Source: Mobula hypostoma
Taxonomy: Eukaryota
Assembly (NCBI RefSeq): GCF_963921235.1
Contig: NC_086108.1
Coordinates: forward strand, 104,286,001 to 104,350,000
Direction of reading: 5' to 3'
Length of the DNA stretch: 64,000 bases
The position numbers were made by a program, and so were the translations under genes. The notes beneath the pieces were generated by a model, which saw nothing but the letters and a program-made list of their open reading frames with translations, did not search any database and was not told the origin of the DNA. Below, piece after piece: positions 24,450-37,310 of the stretch (position 1 is its first letter; each line of letters opens with the position of its first letter).

Positions 24450-26180
24450 AGTTCTACGCTCGGTTTGAGACGGATAATGACGTAGCGGCGAGGAAGACCA
24501 CCCCTCCTCCAAATAACCAGGTGCTGTGTCTTACCGTGGCCAATGTGAGGAGAACCCTGCGTAGGGTCAACCCACGGAAGGCTGCTGGACCAGACAATAT
24601 TCCTGGCAGAGTGCCTAGAGGATGTGCAGACTTGCTAGCAGATATTCTCACTGACATCTTCAACATCTCCCTGAGCAGCGCCGTCATTCCTACGTGCTTC
24701 AAGGCCTCCGCCATCGTCCCCGTGCCAAAGAAGTCTTCAGTGTCCTGCCTCAATGATTACCGTCCTGTTGCACTCACATCCATCATCGTGAAGTGTTTCG
24801 AGAGGCTTGGCATGAGGCATATCAAGACCCTGCTGCCCCCCTCACTGGACCCCCTGCAGTTCGCGTACCGTCCCAACCATTCAACAGACGACGTCATCGC
24901 CACCACCCTCCACCTGGCCCTAACCCACTTGGACAAAAAAGACATGTATGTTCGAATGCTATTCATCGACTTCAGTTCAGCATTCAACTTAATCGTTCCT
25001 CAGAAACTGACTGGAAAGCTGAGCCTACTGGGCCTGAACACCTCCCTCTGCAACTGGATCCTACACTTCCTGACTTCCTCAGTCAGTTCCGATCGGGAGC
25101 AACATCTCCAACACCAGCACACTGAGCATGGGGGCCCCCCAGGGCTGTGTGCTCAGTCCACTGCTGTTCACTCTGCTGACCCACGACTGTGCAGCAACAC
25201 ACAGCTCGAACCACATCGTCAAGTTCGCCGATGACACGACCGTGGTGGGTCTCATCAGCAAGAATGATGAGTCAGCATAAAGAGAGGAGGTGCAGCGGCT
25301 AACAGACTGGTGCAGAGCCAACAACCTGTCTCTGAATGTGAACAAAACAAAAGAGATGGTTGTTGACTTCAGGAGGACATGGAGTGACCACTCAAAGCTG
25401 AACATGGACGACTCCTCCGTAGAGATCGTTAAGAGCACCAAACTTCTTGGTGTTCACCTGGCGGAGAATCTCACCTGGTCCCTCAACACCAGCTCCATAG
25501 CAAAGAAAGCCCAGCAGCATCTCTACTTTCTGCGAAGGCTGAGAAAAGTCCATTTCCCACCCTCCATCCTCACCACATTCTACAGAGGTTGTGTTGAGAG
25601 CATCCTGAGCAGCTGCATATGGCCTGTTTCTGAAATTGCACCATCTGGGATCGCAAGACCCTGCAGCAGATAGTGAGGTCAGCTGAGAAGACCACTGGGG
25701 TCTCTCTTCCCACCATCACAGACATTTACACCACACGCTGCATCCGCAAAGCAAACAGCATTTTGAAGGACCCCACGCACCCCTCATACAAACTCTTCTC
25801 CCTCCTGACATCTGGCAAAAGGCACCAAAGCATTCGGGCTCTCACGACCAGACTATGCAACAATTTCTTCCCCCAAGTCATCAGACTCCTCGATACCCAG
25901 AGCCTGGCTTGACACCAACCTACTGCCCTCTACTGTGCCTACTGTCTTGTTTATTATTTATTATTATTTATTGTAATGCCTGCACTGTTTTGTGCACTTT
26001 ATGCAGTCCTGGATAGGTCTGTAGTATAGTGTAGTTTTTGTGTTTTTTTTACGTAGTTCAGTGTAGTTTTTGTATTGTTTCATGTAGCACCATGGTCCTG
26101 GAAAACGTCTCATTTTTACTTTGTTCTGTACCAGCAGTTATGGTTGAAATGACAATAAAAAGTGACTTGTCTTTACTTGA
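24450..26180 (+). mobile_element. Rex1/Babar LINE RT (5'-truncated, disrupted)
   Basis: [53 protein letters not shown]; frameshift near 25075; (gactt) tail. Confidence 0.92.
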
Positions 26181-26314
26181 CTAAACAGCACTGCAGTGGA
26201 GAGGAAGGCACTACAACCGGTAGTCAAAACTGCCCAACGCATCACTGGCACTGGCCTATCCAACATCAAGGACATGTGTACAGAAAGGTGCTGGAAAAGG
26301 GCCAGTAACATCAT

Positions 26315-27345
26315 ATTACAGGAAACTCTAGATCTAGATTCGAAAGACCTCTGCCTAATCAGAAATCTGTTCTGGGAACAAACTGCTGCTGTAAGAATAG
26401 ATGGAGAAGTGAGTCAGTTTACGAAAATCAAGAGAGGCATGTTTTCTCCCTGATTTGTTTAATGTGTACAGTGAAACAATATTACAAAAAATAAGAGACA
26501 TCTTGGGAGTCAAAGTTGGTGGTGAAAACATCAATAATTTCAGATATGCGGATGACATTGTGTTAATTGCAAGTATGGAGAAAGAACTACAAAACTTAAT
26601 TGATATAGTTGTTGAAGAAAGTGCAAAAATGGGTCTATCAACTGCAAAAAGACAGAATGTATGGTGATATCCAAAAAGGAGGAGAATCCTATCTGTAGGC
26701 TGAGAATAAATGGGGAAGACATAAAACAAGTACAGAACTTTTGCTACTTAGGAAGCTGGGTGACATCAGATGGCAGGTGTGACATAGACATGAAAAGAAG
26801 AATAGGGATGGCGAAAGACACCTTTACGAGAATGAAGAGTATACTGACCAATGCTAAACTAGGCATGACAACCCTCCTCAGAGTACTGAAATGTTACGTT
26901 TATCCAGTTATGTTATTTGGCTCAGAATGTTGGACAATATCTAGTAACATGAGGAAAGGAATTGTAGCAGCAGAGATGTGGTTTTTGAGGAGGATGCAAA
27001 GAATATCATGGATGAAACGAATATCTAACGAGGTTGTCATGAACAGAGCAAACACAAAAAGAGAAATAATGTATGAGATCATGAAAAGGCAACGTAACTT
27101 CATTGGACATGTAATTAGGAAAGAGGAGTTAGAATGCACGGTAATTATGGGAAAGATTGAAGGGAAGAAAGCAAGAGGAAGGTAAAGGCAAATGAGGAAG
27201 GTAAAGGCAAATGATGATGGAGACAGCAGCCAGAGAACTGGAAATGAATACCAATGAATTGATCCACTTGACCGGAAACAGGAGTGTGTGGGCCATGGCA
27301 GTCAAAGCTCAAACTGGACATGGCACCTGATGATGATGATGATGA
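26315..27345 (+). mobile_element. RTE-clade (BovB-like) LINE, 5'-truncated
   Basis: NNFRYADD, FCYLGSWV, YPVMLFGSECWT; (GAT)n tail; inserted in a Rex-like fragment. Confidence 0.9.
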
Positions 27346-27664
27346 ACGTTATGAAAGATCTCACACATCCTGCCCATGGACTGTCCCACTCCCATCATGG
27401 AGGAAGTTGTGTAGCATCCATGCCAGGACCACCAGACTCAAAACCAGTTTCTTTCCCCAAGCAGTAAGGCTGATCAACACCAGCACCCATTAACCCACTC
27501 CTCCACACTCCAACCACCACTACTTTATCATTCCCTGCCGGTCACCTTATGTACAGACACTCCTGTACCTCGCATCACTTCATGGACCTACAATCAATCT
27601 ATTGTATTATACAATCAATGAATTAAACTGAACATATACATTTATACAGTACAGTGCAAAAGTC

Positions 27665-28990
27665 CATAAGACCATACGACAAAGGAGCAGAAGTCGGCCA
27701 TTCGGCCCATCGAGTCTGCTCCGCCATTTTATCATGAGCTGATCCATTCTCCTATTTAGTCCCACTCCCCCGCCTTCTCACCATAACCTTTGATGCCCTG
27801 GCTACTCAGATACCTATCAATCTCTGCCTTAAATACACCCAATGACTTGGCCTCCACTGCCGCCTGTGGCAAGAAATTCCATGGATTTACCACCCTCTGG
27901 CTAAAAAAATTTCTTTGCATCTCGGTTCTGAATGGGTGCCCTTCAATCCTTAAGTCATGCCCTCTCGTACTAGACTCCCCCATCATGGGAAACAACTTTG
28001 CCACATCCACTCTGTCCATGCCTTTCAACATTCAAAATGTTTCTATGAGGTCTCCCCTCATTCTTCTAAACTCCAAGAGCAGACAAACGTTCCTCATATG
28101 TTAAACCTCTCATTCTTGGAATCATTCTAGTGAATCTTCTCTGTACCCTCTCCAACGTCAGCACATCCTTTCTTAAATAAGGAGACCAAAACTGCCCACA
28201 GTACTCCAAGTGAGGTCTTACCAACGCCTTATAGAGCCTCAACATCTCATCCCTGCTCCTATACTCTATTCCTCTAGAAATGAATGCCAACATTGCATTC
28301 GCCTTCTTCACCACCGACTCAACCTGGAGGTTAACCTTCAGGGTATCCTGCACAAGGACTCCCAAGTCGTGTTGCATCTCAGAACTTTGAATTCTCTCAC
28401 CATTTTAATAATAGTCTGCCCGTTAATTTCTTCTGTTAAAGTGCATAACCACACACTTTCCAACATTGTATTTCATTTGCCACTTCTTTGCCCATTCTTC
28501 CAATCTATCTGCAGACTCTCTGTTCCCTCAGCACTACCGGCCCCTCCACCTATCTTTGTATCATCAGCAAACTTAGCCACAAAGCCATCTATTCCATAAT
28601 CCAAATCGTTGATGTACAACGTAAAAAGAAGCGACCCCAACACGGACTCCAGTGGAACACCACTGGTAACCGGCAGCCAACCAGAATAGGATCCCTTTAT
28701 TCCCACTCTCTGTTTCCTGCCAATCAGCCAACGCTCTATCCACGTATGTAACTTTCCCGTAATTCCATGGGCTCTTATCTTGTTAAGCAGCCTCATGTGT
28801 GGCACCTTGTCAAAGGCCTTCTGAAAATCCAAATATACAACATCCACTGCATCTCCCTTGTCTAGCCTACTGGTAATTTCCTCAAAAAATTGTAATAGGT
28901 TTGTCAGGCAGGATTTTCCTTTAAGGACACCATATTGAGTTCTGCCTTTCTTGTCATATGCCTCCAGGTACTCTGTAACCTCATCCTTGA
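27665..28990 (-). mobile_element. CR1 LINE 3' portion
   Basis: ORFs 28473-28847 (YLDFQKAFDKV, FADD), 28066-28377 and 27756-28031; very similar to 59806-60897. Confidence 0.92.
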
Positions 28991-29230
28991 GTCATAGGCA
29001 CATGTAAAAAAAAGGTCAGTAAAGTGAAGATGCTTTCAAAAATGAAATATAAAGTTTCTAAACATCAAAAAAATTACTATAAAGAGCAGTAAACAGTAAA
29101 AAAAAATCAAACTAATTTTTGGTGTGACCTCCTTTTGCCTTTAAAACTGCATCTGTTCTCTTAGGGACACTGTTGTGCAGTTTTATAAGAAAATCTGCTG
29201 GTAGGTTGTTCCAAGTTTCTTGGAAAACTT

Positions 29231-30788
29231 CAACACGAGAAGATCTGCAGATGCTGGAAATTCAAGCAACACACACAAAATACTGGTGGAACGCAGCAGG
29301 CCAGGCAGCATCTCTAGGAAGAAGTACAGTCGATGTTTTGGGGCGAGACCCTTCGTCAGGACTAACTGAAAGAAGAGATAGTAAGAATTCTGAAAGTGGG
29401 AGGGGGAGAGGAGATCCGAAATGATAGGAGAAGACAGGAGGGGGAGGGATGGAGCTAAGAGCTGGGAAGTTGATTGGCAAAAGGGATACTGAGTTGGAGA
29501 AGGGGGAGGATCATGAGACGGGAGGCTAGGGAGAAAGAAACGGGGAGGGGAGCCCAGAGGAAGATGGAAAGCAGGCAAGGAGTAATTGTGAGGGGGACAG
29601 AGAGAGAAAAAAGAGAGAGGAAAAGGGGGGGGGGAGAATAAAAAATAAATAAATAAGGGGAGCGGGTAAGAAGGGGAGGAGGGGCATTAAAGGAAGTTAG
29701 GGAAATCAATGTTCATGCCATCAGGTTGGAGGCTACCCAGACAGAATATAAGGTGTTGTTCCTCCAACCTGAGTGTGGCTTCATCTTTACAGTAGAGGAG
29801 GCTATAAATAGACATATCAGAATGGGAATGGGACGTGGAATTAAAATGTGTGGCCACTGGGAGATCCTGCTTTCTCTGGCGGACAGAGCGTAGGTCTCCC
29901 AGTCCGTGTCGGGTCTCACCAATATATAGAAGGCTGCATCGGGAGCACCGGACGCAGTATATCACCCCAGCTGACTCACAGGTGAAGTGTTGCCTCACCT
30001 GGAAGGACTGTCTGAGGCCCAGAATGGTGGTAAGGGAGGAAGTGTAAGGGTACGTGTAGCCCTTGTTCCGATTACAAGGGTAAGTGCTGGGAGGGAGATC
30101 GGTGGGAAGGGGTTGAATGGACAAGGGAGTCATGTAGGGAGCGATCCCCCTGCGGAAAGCAGAAAGGCGGGGGTGGGAAAGATGTGCTTGGTGGTGGGAT
30201 CCCGTTGGAGGTGGTGGAAGTCTCCCCCCCCCCCCCGTTTTCCACAGGGATCGCTCCCTATGCGACTCCCTTGCCACACTCAGGTTGGAGGAACAACACC
30301 TTATATTCCGTCTGAGTAGCCTCCAACCTGATAGCATGAACATTGATTTCTCTAACTTCCGTTAATGCCCCTCCTCGCCTTCTTACCCCATCCCTTATTT
30401 ATTTATTTATTTATTCCCCCCCCCCCCCATTTTTCCTCTCTCTTTCTCTCTCTGTCCCCCTTACAATCACTCCTTGCCTGCTCTCCATCTTCCTCTGGGC
30501 TCCCCTCCCCCTTTCTCTCTCCCTCAGCCTCCCGTCCGATGATCCTCCCCCTTTTCCAGCTCTGTACCCCTTTTCCCAATCAACTCTCCAGCTCTTAGCT
30601 CCATCCCTCCCCCTCCTGTCTTCTCCTATCATTTCGGATCTCCTCCTCCCCCTCCCACTTTCAAATCTCTTACTAGCTCTTCTTTCAGTTGGTCCTGACG
30701 AAGGGTCTCGGCCCGAAACGTCAACTGTACCTCTTCCTAGAGATGCTGCCTGGCCTGCTGCGTTCCACCAGCATTTTGTGTGTGTTTG
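29231..30788. mobile_element. Penelope-like element with inverted arms
   Basis: 11-bp TSD TTGGAAAACTT (29220-29230, 30789-30799); GIY-YIG ORF 29687-30343 (minus); arm 30275-30786 is the inverse of about 29270-29780. Confidence 0.92.
30686..30727 (+). ncRNA. Minimal type I hammerhead ribozyme (core intact, stem I mismatch)
   Basis: cagttggtc-CTGACGA-agggtctcggccc-GAAA-cgtc-aactg. Confidence 0.75.
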
Positions 30789-31149
30789 TTGGAAAACTTG
30801 CCATAGTTCTTCTGCAGACCTTGGCTGTTCCGCTTGCTTCTGTTGCTCCAGATAATATCACTCAGCCTCAATGATATCAGGCCATACCATCTGAAAACAT
30901 AGAAAGCAACCTGGGTTGACTAAGACTTTTGCACAGGATTGTATTTATTATTTTCATTATTATTATTATTGTGTTCTTTATCTTTTGTGTTCTTTCGGTG
31001 CTGCATGGGATCCAAAGTGACAATGGCACTAAGCAATCTTGACATCCTCTTCCAGTCCCCTAGACTATACCAGTCTTTGTACTCACCACCCTCTTTCCTT
31101 TAATTTTATTGCACCTGTAACTCACCTCTTTTCATAGTCATACTTTAGT

Positions 31150-32015
31150 GATCCTGGGGGAAATTGGTTTTTGTTACAGTTGCATCATAAATAATTAAAT
31201 AGTAATAAAACCATAAATAGTTAAATAGTGATATGTAAATTATGCTGGGAAATAAGTCCAGGACCAGCCTATCGGCTCAGGGTGTCTGACCCTCCAAGGG
31301 AGGAGTTGTAAAGTTTGATGGCCACAGGCAGGAATGACTTCCTATGACGCTCTGTGTTGCATCTCGGTGGAATGAGTCTCTGGCGGAATGTACTCCTGTG
31401 CCCACTCAGTACATTATGTAGTGGATGGGAGACATTGTCCAAGATGGCATGCAACTTGGACAGCATCCTCTTTTCAGACACCACCGTCAGACAGTCCAGT
31501 TCCATCCCCACAACATCACTGGCCTTACGAATGAGTTTGTTGATTCTGTTGGTGTCTGCTACCCTCAGCCTGCTGCCCCAGCACACAACAGCAAACATGA
31601 TCGCACTGGCCACCACAGACTCATAGAACATCCTCAGCATCGTCCGGCAGATGTTAAAGGACCTCAGTCTCCTCAGGAAATAGAGACAGCTCTGACCCTT
31701 CTTGTAGACAGCCTCAATGTTCTTTGACCAATCCAGTTTATTGTCAATTCGTATCCCCAGGTATTTGTAATCCTCCACCATGTCCCCACTGACCCCCTGG
31801 ATGGAAACAGGGGTCACCAGTACCTTAGCTCTCCTCAGGTCTACCACCAGCTCCTTAGTCTTTTTCATATTAAGCTGCAGATAATTCTGCTCACACTACG
31901 TGACAAAGTTTCCTACCGTAGCCCTGCACTCAGTCTCATCTCCCTTGCTGATGCATCCAACTATGGCAGAGTCGTCAGAAAACTTCTGAAGATGAGGAGA
32001 CTCTGTGCAGTAGTA
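31150..32015 (-). mobile_element. Rex1/Babar LINE RT C-terminal part
   Basis: KFSDDS, KTKELVVD, YKYLGIRIDNKLDW, LYFLRRLRSF, SFLPVAIKLYN (ORF 31269-31868). Confidence 0.9.
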
Positions 32016-33035
32016 GAAGCTTGGAATAAATACTTTGGACTGAAGGTCCTGTTTCTGTTGTGAACAAATTTCTGAATCTAACTTTTGAAGGCAGTGCTGT
32101 TATTTCATCCGAGGCTTGGCCGGGTCCGTGTAATTTGAAGACAGATATAACTTCTGGGATCCCACACAAGGAGGCGTTTGGAACAATTTTATCTTATTTT
32201 TTCTTGAAGTGATCTGTGAGTCTTTGTGGAAAGTAGTCTGTGTTATCTTTACATTGAAGACATGAAAACAGATGGAGGGTGCAGATGTGGGATTTGCTTT
32301 CCAATCGCAAAGGAAGAGCAAGTAAAGGAGACAGCCATGATTTCATCGTATTCTGATTCCAAGACCAACATGAAACCATCTGTGAGCCCCAGGTTGTAAG
32401 GGAAAATATCAATTTTTTCTCCACTTTACAAAGGTTAAACTGGCCTGAAGTACCCAAACCCAAGGGATATCTAACAGAAACTAGAAAAGCTTTCATTTAT
32501 AAATCATTGTTCCATCCTGGAAATTTGTCAAATGCGTTATGGCAATCAATGTACAGTCATAATAGAAGATAATTTGCTTAGAGTAACTTTTCTCTCTCTG
32601 ATATGATAGCAAACAAATAATCAACTTACATTAAAAACTGAAAATATCAGAAACACTCAGCAGTTCAGATATCATCTGTAGAATGAGAACCTGGGTTAAC
32701 ACAGAGTTAACATTCGAGGTCAATGACCATTACTTAGTTCTCTCTCTCTCTTTTTTCACAGATGTTGCCTGATCTGTTGTGTTCTTTCTGGTTTTGGTTC
32801 AGGCCCTCACCATTTTTTAATTTTATAACTGGTCTTTAAAGGGCTGGTTGAGAACCACAATGTGGCCAGGTTTACCGGAATACCTCCTAAGAGGGCAGAT
32901 TCTGGCTTGCTTCAGCATTGCAGCTGACAACTGTGTCTTGTGGAGGAGCTTTGTGAAAGGGCTCAAAGGGCAAGAAAATTGGAGGATCAGCCACTCGGCC
33001 CCTCCAGCCTGCACCGGCACTTAATGTGACCATGG

Positions 33036-33375
33036 AAACACGTACAAAATGCTGGAGGAGCTCAGCAGGTCAGGCAGCATCTATGGAGAGGGGAAAAGAT
33101 TCGCCAGTTTGGGCCGTGTCCCTTCATCAGTCGTCTTCTGCTATTATGAGGGCACAGTCAGTCTGGAGGAACAACACCTCATATTCTGTCAGTGTCACTC
33201 CCGAACTGATAGCGCGACAATGATTTTTTAACTTCCTCTAATTTCTCCCCTCCCCCTTCTCTCTTTTTCCATTCCCCAAATCTGGCTTCCCTCTTACCCC
33301 TTCTCTTTTCCTGACTTGCCTATCACCTCCATCTTCCCTCTCTTCCATTGTCCACTGCGCTCTACTATCAGATCC
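33036..33375. mobile_element. Old PLE fragment with inverted arrangement
   Basis: Minus-strand tail and decayed hammerhead (33036-33131) joined to plus-strand LEEQHLIF segment and pyrimidine-rich UTR. Confidence 0.65.
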
Positions 33376-34135
33376 TGCAAGGATTGCTATACTCCCGATG
33401 TCAGCACAGACTGTTCACGGCTAACCAACCCAACCCGTATGTCTTTGCACAGTGCAAGGAAGCTGGAGCACCCAGAGGAAACCCCTCCTAGACAAGGGTG
33501 GGAATTGAAGCCCTGTCTTCATATTGCTGTAAACCATGATGTTAATTGCTGTGCTACCACGCCATGAACCAGCCTCCCTGGCAACCAGAACACCTTCAAA
33601 AGTGATGCCTCAAAAAGGAGATATCCATCATTAAGGACTCCCGTCGGCCAGGACATGCACTGTTCTTGTTGTTACCATCGAGGATGAGCTACAGGAGCCT
33701 CTAGACACACACCCAGCTGGAGGACCGGCAGGCACCGGTGGTCACTGACACTGGCTCAACACGGGAGCAGGGACAGCAGATACTGTCATCGTGAGCTCTG
33801 GTGATGACTCAACCCATGGGACTCCCTATGAAGAGATGGAAACAAAACGTTAGATGTAGGAATACCAACAGAGCATAGGGGGCACGACCGGATGACACCT
33901 CGAGCCAACTCATTCTCCACCAACACACAGTAGGACTCCGCTCCCAGAGCGCAAGGAGAGCCCCCTTTAAATAATCATAGAATGCGGGAAACACGGGCCA
34001 GTCACAATTACATTAACCAGGAAGTACCAGGACTCTTAACAATTAGTAAATACAGGTACTTGGGAAACCCAGAAGTCACAGAACTCAATGTGCACTCATT
34101 CAATGGTTCTATTTAATATCGGAGAATGTGTACAG

Positions 34136-34660
34136 TTAGTTAGTTACTGCCTGTTTGGCCACTGGCATTTAGGGCAGCAATGAAGGTCCTCCATCTCACT
34201 TTGTCCCTGGCCACCTTCTCTATTGCGCCCCGGAAGTGGCTCAGGATCCTCATTTTTGCCTCTGCAGTACAGCGCCAAGTTGTCTTTGGTCTCCCACCCT
34301 TCAGGGTTCCAGTGAGGTCTTGTCTTAAGGATGGAGTTGGCCCCTCTTCTCCAAAGTTTCCTCTTGATGATTGTGCCCTTGTTCTCTTGGTGACACTGAA
34401 GGAGTATGGCGTGGCTGGAGATCTTCTTGGCCAGAAAATACTGAGGATCTTCCAGAGGCTCATAGTGTGGAATGACAACAGGCCGTTCTCTGTCACGTGA
34501 CGGCATTCTGACCCGTACAAGAGTGTGGACAGAACACAGCTCTGGTACAGCTTCACCTTGGTGTGGATACTGTACTTGGTTGATCCCCACTCTAGTGCCT
34601 GCTAGAGGGTCTACCTTCTGCCTTTTTGCCCCAGAAATAGAATCTCTGCCTATAATGTCA
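34136..34660 (-). mobile_element. Degenerate RTE LINE 3' end (second family)
   Basis: KLYQSCVLSTLLYGSEC...GRPKTTWR...RWRTFIAALNA; (taac) tail. Confidence 0.85.
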
Positions 34661-34664
34661 GCAT

Positions 34665-35320
34665 CAGTCTGAAGACTCATACAACCTGAAATTCTCACCC
34701 TTCGCAGACATCCAAGAAACAGAAAAAGTCCCAAAGAATGAATGGCAGAAGGGTTTGAACTCAAAGCACTCCTCCCCCTCCCACGCACAAACAGGAGCAA
34801 AGGCATCAAACCTCCCCCCTCCCCCACTTGCTCCAGCAAAAGCACTGACCCTCCACCACCCCAGCCCAAAGAGACCATGTTCCATCAAAAAAAGACTGTC
34901 CATCCCAGCATCTCGACAGCCTCTCTCTCATAAGCGAGGGAGAGAGAGACATAGTCCTTCTGCAACAAGTGAGAGCGAGAGATCAGAAGCTCGCTGTTTT
35001 GATGACACAGTCTGCTGTGTTGCTTGTCCAAGGCCCCTGGCTTGAGGGCCAACAGGCTCTCACTCACCAGCAAGAGAGAGAGGAAGGCAGAGAGGGATCG
35101 CCTGAGTGCAGAGGCCTTCTTCCAACGGCAGTGCACACCGCCTTCCGTCTTAATGTTTCTCCCAGACTCCCGCACCGTTCCAGTCAGCAATGTAGACGAG
35201 GTCCCGGGTCATCCATGCAGCTGAACCCCAGAGGGGCACATCTTCCCGATGGCACCTGGAGATATTGAAATGCCACCTGGGGACGCAAAAACCTCTGGTG
35301 CCATCTTTTTCTAGCTCCTC
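34665..35320 (-). mobile_element. Non-coding non-autonomous retroposon related to 4210-4867
   Basis: Reverse complement of 34670-34950 resembles 4500-4830. Confidence 0.55.
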
Positions 35321-36470
35321 CCACTGCATTTCAAGTACAGCTTCTTCCCCTCTGCCATCAGATTTCTGAATGGGCAATGAACCCATGAAAACACTTCCTC
35401 AGCATTTTTCCCCAATCTTTTTCCATCATGTAACTAAATTTATATATATATAAAAAAAATACGCACACACATATATACAAACATTTGTATATAGTTTTCA
35501 TTATTATGTACTGAAGGTACTGCTGCTTCAGAATAACATATTTCATGACATATGCTACTGATATTAAACCTGATTCTGATTTTTAGACAGTCCCTTTGGA
35601 ACAAGGAAGAGCTACTCCTATGTAGACTTTATGCATTCTGAAGTAGCTAATTGATTCAAAGTGGGAAGTATAAGCTTCCACAGAAGGAGAAGGAGCTAAC
35701 ATGTAGGGTAGGGGAATAAAACTTTACAAGGTAGTGTGAATGTTCAAGCTCTGTGTGCTCCTTATGAATGCTTTAGGGGTTCTTAATACCAGAATGTACC
35801 TTCTCCACTTTGACTACACATGGGACTCAGCAGTCAGAATTAGAATCAGGCATATTATCATCAATTCCAGATAATCTCACCCTATTACAAAAACTCTCTT
35901 TGACCTCTATCAAATCTTCCCTAATTCTCACATGCTGATAATATTTTCTGGTTAGAGTCCTGCTGTGGTAATATTGTAAATGGTTTTTAATCTCATCAGT
36001 TCAACCCTGAGAAATTGCAGCACACCATTTTCGGAACTGGCAGTGTCATCATTCAGAAAAGAGCCATGGAGTTCCTATTATTTAAGTGGCTAGTAGAAAA
36101 TGAGATCAGGACCCCTGTGGGAAGGAATCACGAGTCGGTCTACCTTGAAAGGTAATTACTGAGCCATATCAGGAATTGTTGTAAGCCTGTGCTGACTTTG
36201 CTGGGACCTACGTTTGAACACTCAACAGCGAACATGTCATGGTCCGGTCCGTGAAATCCGCATTCCGGTTCACTGTCTGGTTCATTGATCCTTATTCCGG
36301 GTTTTCCTGTTTTCCCTTGTTCCTTTGGGTGCTTTAATTGAGGCACCCGATTCTCGTTTTGGGCTGGCACATAAATACCTCTGCAAACCAAGGATTCCCT
36401 GCTGGACTGTTCCTTTCCCCTCCCCATCTGAATCCCTGACAGGTTCCTCAACAAGTGTCCTCAGCAGTCA

Positions 36471-36553
36471 TCCCGGCCCTGCGTCCTAGAAGGGGTCCCG
36501 GCCCCGCGTCCTAGAATGGGTCCCGGCCCCGCGTCCTAGAAAGGGTCCCGGCC
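36471..36553. repeat. 25-bp GC-rich minisatellite, about 3.3 copies
   Basis: Unit tcccggccccgcgtcctagaaNggg. Confidence 0.9.
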
Positions 36554-37268
36554 TGTACCCAAGGGCCTAACCAAGCCGAGTCAAAGAGCTGAGCCTAGGA
36601 AACTCGCCCCTCGCATCCTGGGACCATTCAAGGTCGAAAGGGTCATCAAACCCACAGCAGTCCGACTTAAACTGCCAAGATCTATGTGCATCCACCCTAC
36701 CTTTCATGTTTCCCAATTAAAGCCAGTTTCCGTCAGCCCCTTGGGTCCTCCAACTTAGACTTCCCCACCTGCCCATATCATCAACAACCATCCAGCATAC
36801 ACCGTCCGATGACTACCAGATGTGCGCCGTCAGGGCAGGGGTTTCCAATTCCTGGTAGACTGGGAAGGGTACGGTCCAGAAGAGCGTTCCTGAGTCCCCC
36901 GCTCCTTCATCCTGGACCCTTCCCTCATCTAGGACTTTCATCGGGACCATCCAGACAGGCCTGGAGGATCGCCTGGAGGCTCCCATTGGGGGGGTGGGGG
37001 TAACTGTCATGGTTCTGTCTGGCTATTACCTCAGTAATTGGGCCTCAATCCCCTCGTCTAATTTCCAATCATTCCCAGTGCCACTAATTACACACACCTG
37101 CCTTCCATCAGTAAATGCAGGATAAAAATCCTGTAAGGAGCTGCCAGTTCATTGGTCAACTCTTGTATGAGTAACAACAGGAATTCTGCAGATGCTGGAA
37201 ATTCAAGCAACACACATCAAAGTTGCTGGTGAATGCAGCAGGCCAGCCAGCATCTCTAGGAAGAGGTA

Positions 37269-37310
37269 CAGTTGACGTTTCAGGCCGAGACCCTTCATCA
37301 GGACTAACTG
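37269..37310 (-). ncRNA. Minimal type I hammerhead ribozyme (core intact, stem I mismatch)
   Basis: Minus strand reads cagttagtc-CTGATGA-agggtctcggcct-GAAA-cgtc-aactg. Confidence 0.75.

Larger units (their letters stand above)
27645..30943. mobile_element. Non-autonomous Tc1-like transposon hosting CR1 and PLE insertions
   Basis: Left TIR tacagtacagtgcaaaagtc|ataggcac split by CR1; right TIR ctaagacttttgcacaggattgta. Confidence 0.7.

Noticed and set aside
30343..30855. Recurrent Pro/Leu/Ser-rich ORFs (SVSPDEGSRPETSTVPLPRDAAWPA)
   Set aside because: Translation of the pyrimidine-rich PLE UTR and hammerhead; the recurrence reflects repeat copies and RNA-level constraint
33710..34095. LTR- or DIRS-like terminal sequence on the minus strand
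   Set aside because: No TG...CA pair with a TSD could be defined, so it is left unclassified
34144..34878. 244-aa minus-strand ORF
   Set aside because: Chance read-through across a non-coding retroposon and an off-frame RTE fragment
36471..36553. Regularly spaced repeats resembling a CRISPR array
   Set aside because: Head-to-tail tandem units without unique spacers, in a eukaryotic LTR context with no cas genes
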